Assembly (NCBI GenBank): GCA_046484135.1
Contig: JAWOBU010000104.1
Span: 1-41,619 of the forward strand
Reading direction: 5' to 3'
DNA length: 41,619 bases
Source: a bacterium
GTDB taxonomy: Bacteria; RBG-13-61-14; DATKZS01
In this document: piece by piece, positions 15,921 to 25,356 of the stretch
Numbering within the stretch: position 1 is the stretch's first letter
Layout of the letters: every line of letters starts with the position of its first letter
Translations under genes and position numbers: made by a program
Notes under the pieces: model-generated
What the model was told of the DNA's origin: nothing
What the model saw: the letters and a program-made list of their open reading frames with translations, nothing else
The model's database searches: none

Positions 15921-18332
15921 ATGAAATCAATGAATTCTATTAGTTTTAAGTTTCTGGCCGCACTATTGTGTCTTCTTTTTCTGCCCGGCTGTGAAACCGA
16001 GCCCGGCTCATTGCAGTCGTGGGGAAAGGCTTGGGCCTGGGGCAAAGACACCAGCGGCCAGTGCGGCAACTCCCGTTTTTTCGACTCCTTTACGGTCCGG
16101 CCCGCGGCGGTGCCCGGCCTGCACGAGGTGGTGGCCGCGTCCGGCGGCCGCTGTCACAGTTTGTTTCTGCGGGCGGACGGCACGGTCTGGTCTTTGGGAT
16201 GCAACTCTCAAGGCCAGTTGGGAGACGGCAGCCTGAAGGACCGCGATGAGCCCGTCCGGGTGGAAGGCGTAACCGGAGCGGTGGCAGTGGCGTGCGGGGA
16301 GAATCATTCCCTGGCCTTGACGCGTGAGGGGAAGCTGCTGGGCTGGGGAGCCAACGACGCGGGCCAGCTCGGGGACGCCACCGGTCACACCCAGCGGTTC
16401 CGGCCGGTACGGGCCTATAAGCTCGAAGGTTTGAAGTCAGTGGCCGGCGGCGATAATCACGTGCTGGCGCTGGGTAAAGACGGATCGGTGTATGCCTTTG
16501 GCGAGAACGGGCACGGACAACTGGGCACCGGCGACGAGAAAGACCGGGGGGTCCCGGTAAAAGTGGAGGGACTGCCGGAGTGTACGGCAATAGCTGCCGC
16601 GGGACACCGGTCCTATGTCTTGACTTCCCGCGGTATGCTCTTCTCATTTGGAAGGGGCCAGGCAACCAACGAACACGGCCGGCCGTCGGACAGCCTTGTG
16701 CCGCAACCCATGGAGCTTCCCTTCCGGGTGAAAAAAGTTTTCGCAGGCGGCCGCCGGACCCTGCTGGTATCCGAGAGCGGCGATGCCTACCGTTTGAAGA
16801 AAAACTCACTCCCCTCGTTGGAAAAGCTTTCCGAGCTCCCGGCAGTAAAAGAGGCGGCCCTTGGTTACGACCACGCCGTCGTGCTCGGCCGGGATAAAAC
16901 TGTGTGGGTCTCCGGCAGGAACCTGGAGTGGCAGCTCGGCAAGGAAAGGGATACTAAGAGGGGTCCTTTCCAACTGGCGGGTCTTTCCGGCATCGTCACT
17001 GTAGGAGCGGGATGGTATCACTCCTTGGCGGTGGAAGGAGGAGGCCCTTCCTCTGTTCGGGCCTTCTCCGTGTCCGCTGACACCCTTAAAGGCGAGGCGG
17101 TGTCCGTGTCCCTGCCGGTGGAGAGCGCCTCGGATTTAAAAGACCTTTCTTACCGGATTATCTCTCCTCCTTCTTCCGGCACCGTCAAGGTGTCGGATCG
17201 CCGCCTTACTTACTACCCGGAAGCAGGCTTCACCGGCAAGGATGAGTTTACCTGGCGGGTGGTTGCGAACGGCAGGGAGAGCAACACCGCCGGGGTTTAC
17301 GTGCGTGTAAAAAAGCCGCAACCGCCTGGCACGGTCCGGGCTTGGGGGAGTAATTTTAGCGGCCAGCTCGGCGACGGCGCCGTTATAGACCGGGAAAGGC
17401 CGGTGCGGGTGAAAGGCATCTCCCGTGTTCAGGAAGTGTCCGCAGGCAGCATGCATTCTTTGGCCTTGAAAAAGGACGGCACGGTGTGGGGATGGGGAAA
17501 GTACGACCTTGGACAATGGGCAGAGGACATTGATTTCCATCGCCCCCGCCGCATAGGAAAGAGCGGATTTTCCTGCAGTGGAGAGGGGTTCTCGGGAGTT
17601 ACCGCCGTCCACGGCGATCTGAACAGCTCGTTTGCCGTGCGCAAAGACGGCACGGTGTGGGCGTGGGGGTTCTTGCCTATTCGGAGGGGAGACGATCCCG
17701 TAAGAGTAAAAGGACTGGATGATGCGGTCAAGGTAAGCCACGGTTTCGCTCTTACCAGGGACGGCAGGGTATGGTCTTTTGGACTTGCTCCCCCGGCTTC
17801 TCCTGCCCGGTTGCCCGGCCTTGAAAATATCACGGACATCTCCGGCGATATTTACCTCCACCTGGCCGCGGATCAACAAGGCGATGTCTTTTCCTGGGGC
17901 CACAACGTCCGGGGTCAACTGGGCCGCAAGACAGAAGACAACCATGATGAAAAACCGGGAAAGGTCCCCGGCCTTTCCAGGATCAAGTCGGTGTCCGCAG
18001 GATACGAGCATGGCCTGGCCCTGGACCGGGAAGGCCACGTATGGTCGTGGGGATCGAACGCTTATGGCCAGTTGGGGGACGGGACCACCGTAAGCAGGCG
18101 GACTCCGGCAAAGATCGAGGGCCTGGATCATGTGGCCGCGATATCCGCGGGCGACTATTACTCCCTGGCCCTTTTGAAAGACGGGACCGTCCGCGCCTGG
18201 GGTCAGAACCATAACGGACAGCTCGGCGACGGAACCAACCTTGCCCGTTTCAAGCCGGTAAAGGTTAAAGGGCTCTGTAGTGTTAAAGCCGTGGAGGCAG
18301 CTAACAGCCACTCCCTGGCTCTCTGCGAGTAG
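15921..18332 (+). CDS. RCC1-repeat lipoprotein with central Ig/cadherin-like (Big_9-type) domain
   Basis: Lipobox LPGC; many HSLAL..DGTVWAWG.N..GQLGDG repeats in two blocks, separated by LTYYPEAGFTGKDEFTW. Confidence 0.9.
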   Translation: MKSMNSISFKFLAALLCLLFLPGCETEPGSLQSWGKAWAWGKDTSGQCGNSRFFDSFTVRPAAVPGLHEVVAASGGRCHSLFLRADGTVWSLGCNSQGQLGDGSLKDRDEPVRVEGVTGAVAVACGENHSLALTREGKLLGWGANDAGQLGDATGHTQRFRPVRAYKLEGLKSVAGGDNHVLALGKDGSVYAFGENGHGQLGTGDEKDRGVPVKVEGLPECTAIAAAGHRSYVLTSRGMLFSFGRGQATNEHGRPSDSLVPQPMELPFRVKKVFAGGRRTLLVSESGDAYRLKKNSLPSLEKLSELPAVKEAALGYDHAVVLGRDKTVWVSGRNLEWQLGKERDTKRGPFQLAGLSGIVTVGAGWYHSLAVEGGGPSSVRAFSVSADTLKGEAVSVSLPVESASDLKDLSYRIISPPSSGTVKVSDRRLTYYPEAGFTGKDEFTWRVVANGRESNTAGVYVRVKKPQPPGTVRAWGSNFSGQLGDGAVIDRERPVRVKGISRVQEVSAGSMHSLALKKDGTVWGWGKYDLGQWAEDIDFHRPRRIGKSGFSCSGEGFSGVTAVHGDLNSSFAVRKDGTVWAWGFLPIRRGDDPVRVKGLDDAVKVSHGFALTRDGRVWSFGLAPPASPARLPGLENITDISGDIYLHLAADQQGDVFSWGHNVRGQLGRKTEDNHDEKPGKVPGLSRIKSVSAGYEHGLALDREGHVWSWGSNAYGQLGDGTTVSRRTPAKIEGLDHVAAISAGDYYSLALLKDGTVRAWGQNHNGQLGDGTNLARFKPVKVKGLCSVKAVEAANSHSLALCE

Positions 18333-18409
18333 ACCCAAGCCTCTTTCCTCTTGCAAAAGCCGCCCTGATTCTGGTTTAATAAACCAATGCACTAAACTCC
18401 TTCCTGCCG

Positions 18410-18438
18410 GGAAACCCGGCGCCAGCGTGGGAGTCTAA
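18410..18438 (+). promoter_or_regulatory. ECF sigma-type promoter candidate
   Basis: GGAAAC-17 bp-GTCTAA upstream of the redoxin gene SD (AAGGAG). Confidence 0.5.
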
Positions 18439-18460
18439 TTCTGTTTACAAGGAGTGTTTA

Positions 18461-18985
18461 ATGACCTATGCGGCAGGCGATCAGGCCCCGGACTTCAGCT
18501 TCAGCGATCATACGGGCAAACAGTGGAGCTATCCCGCGGATTTCTCGTCCGGCAACCTGGCGCTGTTCTTTCTGCGCCACCTGGGCTGCCCGCTTTGCAA
18601 GGACAAGATCGAGGAGTTGAAAAACGGCTGGCAGAGCTTCCAGGACAAATCCATCACCCTGGCGGCAGTGGTGCAGTCAACCCCCAAGCGGGCGGCAAGC
18701 TATGCCGAGCGCGCCGGAATCCCCTTTCTGCTGGTGCCCGACCGGGAAAAAAGCCTTTACGAGCTGTTCGGGCTCCGAAGGGGCGGCGCCAGGGAGTACA
18801 TGACGCCTTCCGTTATGGGCGCCACCATCCGGGCGACCTTTAAAGGCCACATGCACGGAAGGTTTGAAGGAGACGAGTTCCAGATGCCGGGCGCGTTCCT
18901 GCTTTCACCGGACGGCAAGGTCCTCCGCGCCCACTACGGGAAGAACGTGTCCGACTTTGGAGACGTGTCCTTGTTTCTCGCATAG
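18461..18985 (+). CDS. Peroxiredoxin-like / AhpC-TSA family redoxin
   Basis: GDQAPDF, FLRHLGCPLC, DREKSLYELFGL, QMPGAFL. Confidence 0.88.
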   Translation: MTYAAGDQAPDFSFSDHTGKQWSYPADFSSGNLALFFLRHLGCPLCKDKIEELKNGWQSFQDKSITLAAVVQSTPKRAASYAERAGIPFLLVPDREKSLYELFGLRRGGAREYMTPSVMGATIRATFKGHMHGRFEGDEFQMPGAFLLSPDGKVLRAHYGKNVSDFGDVSLFLA

Positions 18986-18989
18986 TGCA

Positions 18990-19020
18990 TGTAAAACCAA
19001 AACCCGGCCCATGCGTTTGT
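18990..19020 (+). promoter_or_regulatory. ECF sigma-type promoter candidate directly before the sigma gene
   Basis: TGTAAAAC-16 bp-CGTTTGT; ATG follows at 19025 with no SD. Confidence 0.5.
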
Positions 19021-19024
19021 AATA

Positions 19025-19645
19025 ATGAGAGTAGAAAAACCAAAAAAGCCGCTTGCCGCTTTTCAGGACTCTTCCGACGAAGAGCTCATGGACCGTTTCA
19101 AGGACGGCTCGGAAGCTGCATTCGAGGAGCTGATCAGCCGTTATGGCAAGCAGCTCTACGGGTTTCTCTGCCGCCAGAGCGGCAATGCGGACCGGGCGGA
19201 CGAGGCTTACCAGGAGGTGTTCGTAAAGGTGGTGCGAAGCGCCAAAAGATACAAGTCCAGGGACAGGTTCGCGGCCTGGCTTTTCACCATCGCCCGGAAC
19301 GTGTGCATAGACATGGCCCGCCGCGACAAGCACCGGCAGACCGAGCCTTTGGACGACCCTTCGGAGGAAGGCCGTTCCTATATCGAGACGGTGGCCCATG
19401 ACGACCCGGACCCGGAAGAGAACACCCGGGCGGCGGAGCTTGCCGCCCTTTTGGAGGACTCGCTATCATCTTTATCAGAGGAGCAGCGGGAAGTGTTCCT
19501 GCTCCGGGAAAGAGCGGGGCTTTCCTTCAAAGAGATAGCGGAGATGACGGGCGCGCCGCTTAACACGGTCAAAACCAGGATGCACTATGCGGTAAACAAC
19601 CTGAAGAAGTCCCTGGCAGCCTCCGGCTACTTCGGGGACGATTGA
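19025..19645 (+). CDS. ECF RNA polymerase sigma-70 factor
   Basis: AFEELISRY, QEVFVKV, FAAWLFTIARNVCID, QREVFLLRE..GLSFKEIAE..NTVKTRMHYA. Confidence 0.95.
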   Translation: MRVEKPKKPLAAFQDSSDEELMDRFKDGSEAAFEELISRYGKQLYGFLCRQSGNADRADEAYQEVFVKVVRSAKRYKSRDRFAAWLFTIARNVCIDMARRDKHRQTEPLDDPSEEGRSYIETVAHDDPDPEENTRAAELAALLEDSLSSLSEEQREVFLLRERAGLSFKEIAEMTGAPLNTVKTRMHYAVNNLKKSLAASGYFGDD

Positions 19646-19703
19646 ATAGGGGATCAGTGCTTTGTTACACGGATGTCCGAAATATAAAAAAGAGTCGAAC
19701 AAC

Positions 19704-19781
19704 TTTTATCACGCTGAGACGCCAAGGAGGAAATTTCTTTGTTTTAACCTTTGCGGCTTCGCGCCTTTGCGTGAAATAAAA
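19704..19781. repeat. Repeat family B inverted pair
   Basis: TTTTATCACGCTGAGACGCCAAG ... CTTTGCGGCTTCGCGCCTTTGCGTGAAATAAAA. Confidence 0.75.
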
Positions 19782-19798
19782 TTTACTTTGGCACAAGG

Positions 19799-21193
19799 GT
19801 GAGAATGAAAAGCCACCACATAACCGAGATACTTGTTGACCTGCTTTATGACGAGCTTCCGGAGGACCGGAAAAAGGAGGCCCTGGCCCATCTGGAAGAG
19901 TGCACCGAGTGCGCCCGCGAGTACGAGGAGCTTAAAAAAACGGTGGGGGCCTTTCAAAAGCTTCCTGACCCCGAACCTCCCGCTCATCTCAAAACCAGGA
20001 TCATGGCCCGGGCCCGCGACAAAGGCCGGCCCAACTCGCGGCGGAAGAAAGTGCTCCGCCCCGCGCTTGCCGCGGCCGCGGCCCTGGTTGTCGGGCTCAG
20101 CCTTTTCGTGGTTTTTTCCGGCCCGGAGCAAAAGAACGAGGTCGCCTCCTCTGACGATTGGTACCTGGAAGCCGCCCGGGAGATGGATAAGCAAAAGAAG
20201 GCCGAAGGGGGCGGTTTAGCTAGCTCGGAAAGAAAGGTAACCCCTCCGCGCCTGCTTTCGGAAGATAGTGCCGGGAAAGAGACCTCCCTGGCCAGGGCCT
20301 CGACCGCGGGCAGAGACGGGCTCGCAGGCGCCACCCTGGCGGGAGCTACCTTGGAGGGCTCCACACTCTCCGGCGCTCTCGGGGGGTCCTCGGTGCTGGC
20401 GGGCGGAAGCCCCGCGTCAGGCGCGACCGTGGTGCCGGGAGAGTCGGTGCTGGTGGCCAAGCGAGACGATGTCCTCTCCGGCCGGACCGCTACGGCTGGA
20501 GAAACACTTGCGGGAGCCAGCGTGACCGCGGCGGATGGCGCCTCCGCCAGTGTGGAGGTATCCTCCACCATAGTAAAAGACGACTCCGCGAAAAGAGGTG
20601 ATACCATCGCCGGGGTGGCCAGGTTGGACGACGAACCGAACGGCGATTTCCTGCTGGCCCGCGAGGACGAGGAGCGGATGCGCACTGCAAAAAGCCGGAA
20701 ACCAGAGAAAGAGGCCGCCGCTCCTGAAGAAGCGCCCGCGCCTGAAGCGGAGAAGAAAGAAAAAGACCAGGCCGCCTCCTGGGGATGGATGGCCGGAGAA
20801 ACCGGGCCGGAAAAGGGCGACACAGCCGGAGCCCGAGACGCTGATACCACGACCGAAAAACAGCTTGAGGGCCTTGACTCTTCCACCGCCACAGAACCCG
20901 GCGAAAAACGCGCCGAGAAGGAAAAACAAAAAGAACCATACCGGATGAAGCCCGAAACCCGCCGGACTTTGAAAAGAGCGGAGCTTATGCAAAGGGCCCT
21001 GGGATGCCGCGCCGCAATTTCATCCTATGAAGAAGCGCTGGAAGACATGGGGTACGGGAGCGACAAAATTCCCTCCTGCGCGCCCGAGATCGAGTCCACC
21101 ATCAAGTCGGCACTCGAATGCTACTACAAGCTGGGAAAAGGCGATAAAGCCCTGAAGCTGGAAAAATGGCGCGACAAGGTCTGCCCGGGATAG
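19799..21193 (+). CDS. Zinc-finger (zf-HC2) anti-sigma factor, membrane anchored
   Basis: HLEECTEC ZAS motif, one TM segment, long low-complexity extracytoplasmic region. Alternative ATG at 19805. Confidence 0.88.
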   Translation: MRMKSHHITEILVDLLYDELPEDRKKEALAHLEECTECAREYEELKKTVGAFQKLPDPEPPAHLKTRIMARARDKGRPNSRRKKVLRPALAAAAALVVGLSLFVVFSGPEQKNEVASSDDWYLEAAREMDKQKKAEGGGLASSERKVTPPRLLSEDSAGKETSLARASTAGRDGLAGATLAGATLEGSTLSGALGGSSVLAGGSPASGATVVPGESVLVAKRDDVLSGRTATAGETLAGASVTAADGASASVEVSSTIVKDDSAKRGDTIAGVARLDDEPNGDFLLAREDEERMRTAKSRKPEKEAAAPEEAPAPEAEKKEKDQAASWGWMAGETGPEKGDTAGARDADTTTEKQLEGLDSSTATEPGEKRAEKEKQKEPYRMKPETRRTLKRAELMQRALGCRAAISSYEEALEDMGYGSDKIPSCAPEIESTIKSALECYYKLGKGDKALKLEKWRDKVCPG

Positions 21194-21617
21194 CTTTAAT
21201 ACAACGGCTTAAAGGGAAGATTTGCACCATCAAGTTTGATGTACAAAAGAACCGAAAACCTTCTCGGGAGCTATACCCCCTTAAGATCATTAGTTCAAAA
21301 GACACCATACATAATCCTTTGACTTTCAACTCGCGACATGGCATTAGTATAGCCTCATCCCGGCGAGATCGGTAGTGCCCGGCACGGTTCGGCCGCTGGT
21401 TTATAATGTTACACTTGCGGGTGGGAAGATCGCCTCGATTTGACTGTTGCTCGATGGTGCCCTCTATCTGTATGAGGATTGAGTAATGGATTACAGTCTA
21501 TTTAGAGAGTTACAATCTGAAGCAGCTTATAACCTTTTCCCCAAATGGTCCGCGCCCGTGGGAGGACAACCTTTCTCCAAAAGCTGAAACACCCCAAAGG
21601 AAAATGAATAAAGAAAA

Positions 21618-22526
21618 ATGAACGCCTCTGATCACAACAAAGCACTTGCCGTCTTGCTTATAGCAGCCTTTCTCATTGTCTACGCACTGTTGGGCGCCCT
21701 CTCGACAAGGGAAAAGATAAGCGGAGCCATGGAAGCTTCAGACCAGGCAGGGCAGATGTGGCCCGAGGACGAACAAGAGGAACCCGTTTTCCAGCAGGAC
21801 GAAAGGCCATCGCCTTATTCAGTTAAGGAGGAGCAGTACCTTACCGAAAAAAACCAAGAAGATCTCAGGCGGAAGCTGGAGGGGAAAGAAGTCCCACAAA
21901 CCAATGAAGCCGGCGATGCCCAAGAAGTTCTCCGCAGGCAGTGGCCCGCCCTGGAGCTCGAATTGTCCGCCTGGACGGGGCTCTGGAACGAGGTGCTGGG
22001 TGGGTTCGACTCGCAAGACATGTCCGTCCCAGAGTTCCAGAGGCGGCCCGGCAAGCACGTGTGGAGAAGGAGAAGCTGGGACAAAAAGAGGTGGGTTACA
22101 GGAAGGTACGTGGAGAATTTTACGACAGCTCACTACTCCGATGTGTTTGAGAGGTGCATTTTCTCTCCCCGGGGACGGAGGTGCGTGGATATATTCTCCC
22201 AGCGTGGAGGGCCTGACACTGAGGCCCGACTTATAGACCAGGATGAAAACCTGGATGCCAGACTCTACTTCGCCGGGACCTGTTGCAGAGTTCAGGAAGC
22301 TGCGTGGCTCGACGAGGACACAATTGCCCTGGTGGTGAAGCACGATGCCTTCGAGGGAGACTGCATACATCATCTCCTCCAGTTGCACTTTTTGGACAGC
22401 GGCCTCTACTACTATTACACAACTCCCTGCGTGGATCGGGGGTTGCACGAGAAAGCCTGGAAAAGGTACGACCTTTACCTCTCGCAAAAACGGAAGCGGC
22501 TCTTGAAAGATAGCCCTCCCCCTTGA
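21618..22526 (+). CDS. Hypothetical membrane-anchored/secreted Cys-containing protein
   Basis: N-terminal hydrophobic anchor; 302-aa open frame; no family recognised with certainty. Confidence 0.75.
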   Translation: MNASDHNKALAVLLIAAFLIVYALLGALSTREKISGAMEASDQAGQMWPEDEQEEPVFQQDERPSPYSVKEEQYLTEKNQEDLRRKLEGKEVPQTNEAGDAQEVLRRQWPALELELSAWTGLWNEVLGGFDSQDMSVPEFQRRPGKHVWRRRSWDKKRWVTGRYVENFTTAHYSDVFERCIFSPRGRRCVDIFSQRGGPDTEARLIDQDENLDARLYFAGTCCRVQEAAWLDEDTIALVVKHDAFEGDCIHHLLQLHFLDSGLYYYYTTPCVDRGLHEKAWKRYDLYLSQKRKRLLKDSPPP

Positions 22527-22550
22527 ATATTTCCGCTGAAAAGTTTTTTA

Positions 22551-22838
22551 GCTCGGGGTACACCATGCATCAAAAACAGTATGACACAGCACTTCAACCG
22601 CAAGCAGCAGACTTTCTTCGGCGAGGATGACTGCGTGACCTGCATCGAATTTAGGAGGGGTGCAAAGAGGGGGATGGCCGTTCGGGCCTATTGGCTCATG
22701 ACCAACCACTTGCACCTCATCGCCGTATCCGAGACGCAAAAATCGTTACAGGTGGGAGAATTTTCTGGGTTTGCCGGTTGCCCGCTCCGAATCAGAGCTG
22801 CTGAAAAAAGCACGAGCGCCAAACCAAAGGAAGAGTAG
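22551..22838 (+). pseudogene. Degraded RAYT / IS200-like Y1 (HUH) transposase
   Basis: TQHFNRKQQTFFGEDD and AYWLMTNHLHLIAV (HUH) resemble the RAYT N-terminus. A frameshifted WENFL..ELLKK/HER resembles the C-terminus. The middle is missing. Confidence 0.8.
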
Positions 22839-22885
22839 GTTATGAATGGTGTCTCCTGATCTTTCCTCGGGAATTATATGCCCCC

Positions 22886-24391
22886 TCAAAGCGTAAGCCA
22901 CTGGCCTACGGTCTCGACTGCTTTGCCTTCGCCGAAGTTCTCGGTGAAGATGCGGAAGTAGTAAAGCTCTTCCTTGCTCCGGATCAGGGAATGTCTCTGC
23001 TGTGCCTCCTCTAGCTCGGCGTCGCTGATCCGGTCGTCAAAGTACTGCGGAAGCTCGTCCGCGGAGCCCGAGCCTTGCGAGAACTCCTGCTTGAGCCTCC
23101 AGACGATCTCGTCCGGCAGGTCGTTCTCGAACGCCTTTCTGAAGACCCACTTCTCCATGTTCTCACCTTCATGCGGCCTCACCTTGTAGTCGGGCGGCAG
23201 AGACAGGGCGTAGTTCAGGAGCTCGCCCGATATGAGGGGCGCGACCACTTTGACCGAGCTGCACTGGTTCATCCGGTCCAGCCGGAGCGATGCGTTGCTG
23301 TGCAGGAACTCGAGGCATTTGATCTGCTCCCGGTAAAGCTCGGAGGCGTCGGTGCCTTTAAGATGTCGGTAGCCGCAGAAGATTTCGTCTCCTCCTTCGC
23401 CGGAGAGAAGTATCTCGACGCCCCTTTCTTTTGCCCGCCTCGAGACCAGGAAGTTTGACACCGCGCTCCGCACTAAAGACGGGTCAAAGTGCTCGAGGTA
23501 ATAGATGACCTCGGGCAGGGCCTCCACCAGATCGTTTAAGCCCACGATGATCTCTTCATGGTCGGTGCATAAAAACTCGGCCACGATGCGGGCGTTTTTG
23601 ATGTCTTCGCTTTCGCCCACTCCCAGAGAAAAGGTCTTGATAGCGGAAGAGCTCCCGTACCTGTCGCAGTGGCGGCGGGCGCCCAGGGCGGCGACCACGC
23701 TCGAGTCAATACCTCCGCTTAACAGGCTGGCGGTGGGCCTCGAGTAGTCCACCCGGGCGTCAAAGGAACTCTCGATCAGGGACCGCACCTGTTCCACGAT
23801 CTTGTCTTCGGTCTTTTCAGGCGGAGCCTGCGGCTCGGTGGAAAGCCGGCCGTACTCGATCGGCTTGCCGTCGCCTTTCATGTAGTGGCCGGGCGGGAAC
23901 TCGTAAACATCATCAGTTATGGCAACCAGGGCCTTGAGCTCGGGGCAAAGATATAAAGTGCCGTCCTTCCAGCCGTAAAACAGGGTCTTAATGCCGAGAA
24001 GATCACGGGCGGCGAACAGGTCTTCGCCGTCACAGATGACCAACGAAAAAATGGCGTCCCCGAGCCGGGAGAGCATGTCCGCGCCGTTTTTGGAGTACTC
24101 GTCCAGGCAAAGCCGCTCGGGGGGTATGTCTTTAGGCACCGGCCGGCCGTTCCACATTCCGACCTGGCCGTCGTAGCAGATGCGGCGGTCCTTGCAAGCG
24201 GGGTCAACCACTGGTATGGCAGCGCGGCCCCCTGCCGCGGGTCCGTCCGCCTCGAGGTAGTTCTGGGCCATGATGGCCTTGCCCGCCCGCCGGACGGCAA
24301 AGATGTCCGGCCCGCGATGGTCTATCTTTTCCAGGCCCTTTTCTATCTCTTCCAGCCGGGGATTACCAAAGCCAACCACGAATCCGCTCAT
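22886..24391 (-). CDS. Asparagine synthetase-related protein (Ntn + Asn_synthase domains)
   Basis: HRGPD, ARDLLGIKTLFY, LLSGGIDSS, SGEGGDEIFCGY, EKWVFRKAF. Begins MSG rather than MCG. Confidence 0.88.
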   Translation of the reverse strand: MSGFVVGFGNPRLEEIEKGLEKIDHRGPDIFAVRRAGKAIMAQNYLEADGPAAGGRAAIPVVDPACKDRRICYDGQVGMWNGRPVPKDIPPERLCLDEYSKNGADMLSRLGDAIFSLVICDGEDLFAARDLLGIKTLFYGWKDGTLYLCPELKALVAITDDVYEFPPGHYMKGDGKPIEYGRLSTEPQAPPEKTEDKIVEQVRSLIESSFDARVDYSRPTASLLSGGIDSSVVAALGARRHCDRYGSSSAIKTFSLGVGESEDIKNARIVAEFLCTDHEEIIVGLNDLVEALPEVIYYLEHFDPSLVRSAVSNFLVSRRAKERGVEILLSGEGGDEIFCGYRHLKGTDASELYREQIKCLEFLHSNASLRLDRMNQCSSVKVVAPLISGELLNYALSLPPDYKVRPHEGENMEKWVFRKAFENDLPDEIVWRLKQEFSQGSGSADELPQYFDDRISDAELEEAQQRHSLIRSKEELYYFRIFTENFGEGKAVETVGQWLTL

Positions 24392-24496
24392 GGGTCCTCC
24401 TGTTTAAGTTTACTCTTCTTTCCAAAAATCATTCTTGCCAAAAACCGGATTTAATTTCGCTAAAAAGCGCAACCGCCTTGCCGGCCATTTATTATA

Positions 24497-25156
24497 TCAT
24501 CTTTTCCGGGCCTCTTCTCTGGTAAGCGGCCGGCATCTGCCCGCTTTTATCTCGGCCGCCAGCTCCGGCATGGAGCTTACGGGTCTCGCAAACTCGGTCA
24601 GGCAACTGCCGAGCTCGGGCAGGAAATGGGCGTCCGAGCCTCCGGTCATGGCCCAGCCGGTCTTGCGGGCCAGATCGAGGGCCGCCTGGTTCTCCTGATC
24701 TTCGTTCGCCCCGTTCAAAACTTCGATAGCAAAGATGCCCGGCAGGGCGGTGCATTTGTCGCCCGCTCCGATAAAGAAGCGGTAAGGGTGGGCCGGCACC
24801 AGCGCCATGTCTTTTTCGTGCTCCACGCTGTTTGCGAGCACCTCCGGGTCCACTTTATGGAATCCCGGCCGGAGCCCCTCTTGCAGGCGGGTCCATAAAT
24901 CCCGGTTGATCCCGTAGACCAGCATGTGTCCCCAATAGGTGTCTATCTCGACCCCCGCCAGGACCACCAGGCCGTACTTTTGGCCGATGGCCTTAAGGTC
25001 GCAATCGGAAGGGCCCACGAGATAGTTGTGTTCCATGAGCACGAACCCGTCGAGGTGAAAGTCGCGGCAAAGCTCCGCGGCTTTGGCGGCGTACTCCTCC
25101 ACTGTTACGGGGCTGTCCTGGCTGAAGGTGGAATGGACGTGAAGGTCGAGGATCAA
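24497..25156 (-). CDS. PHP-domain metallohydrolase
   Basis: DLHVHS, GVEIDTYWGHML, PAHPYR, IEVLNG, GGSDAH. Confidence 0.9.
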   Translation of the reverse strand: MILDLHVHSTFSQDSPVTVEEYAAKAAELCRDFHLDGFVLMEHNYLVGPSDCDLKAIGQKYGLVVLAGVEIDTYWGHMLVYGINRDLWTRLQEGLRPGFHKVDPEVLANSVEHEKDMALVPAHPYRFFIGAGDKCTALPGIFAIEVLNGANEDQENQAALDLARKTGWAMTGGSDAHFLPELGSCLTEFARPVSSMPELAAEIKAGRCRPLTREEARKR

Positions 25157-25276
25157 CTTTTTCTTTACTCCTGTACTGCTGCGGGGGCATAAGGTTGATG
25201 AGACAAGGGTACTCGGGCGTTGTCAATCTCTAAATGAAAAATAGTCACAATCAAGTATTAATAGTGGTTTTGCTGC

Positions 25277-25298
25277 TCGCGACTAAAGTCGCTCGCAC
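25277..25298 (-). repeat. REP family A copy
   Basis: TCGCGACTAAAGTCGCTCGCAC is the revcomp of GTGCGAGCGACTTTAGTCGCGA. Confidence 0.85.
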
Positions 25299-25356
25299 AT
25301 CTCATTTCGTAATGGGCAAAACGCGGGTTTCAGGTTCGTGAGGAATCAGGGTGTGC

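Noticed and set aside
18461..18985. Selenoprotein recoding in the redoxin
   Set aside because: The CxxC is encoded by normal Cys codons; there is no in-frame TGA.
21350..21480. Possible ncRNA/riboswitch (CCTCAT...ATGAGG enclosing short stems)
   Set aside because: No recognisable family motif and the stems are short; cannot be supported without an Rfam or covariation search.
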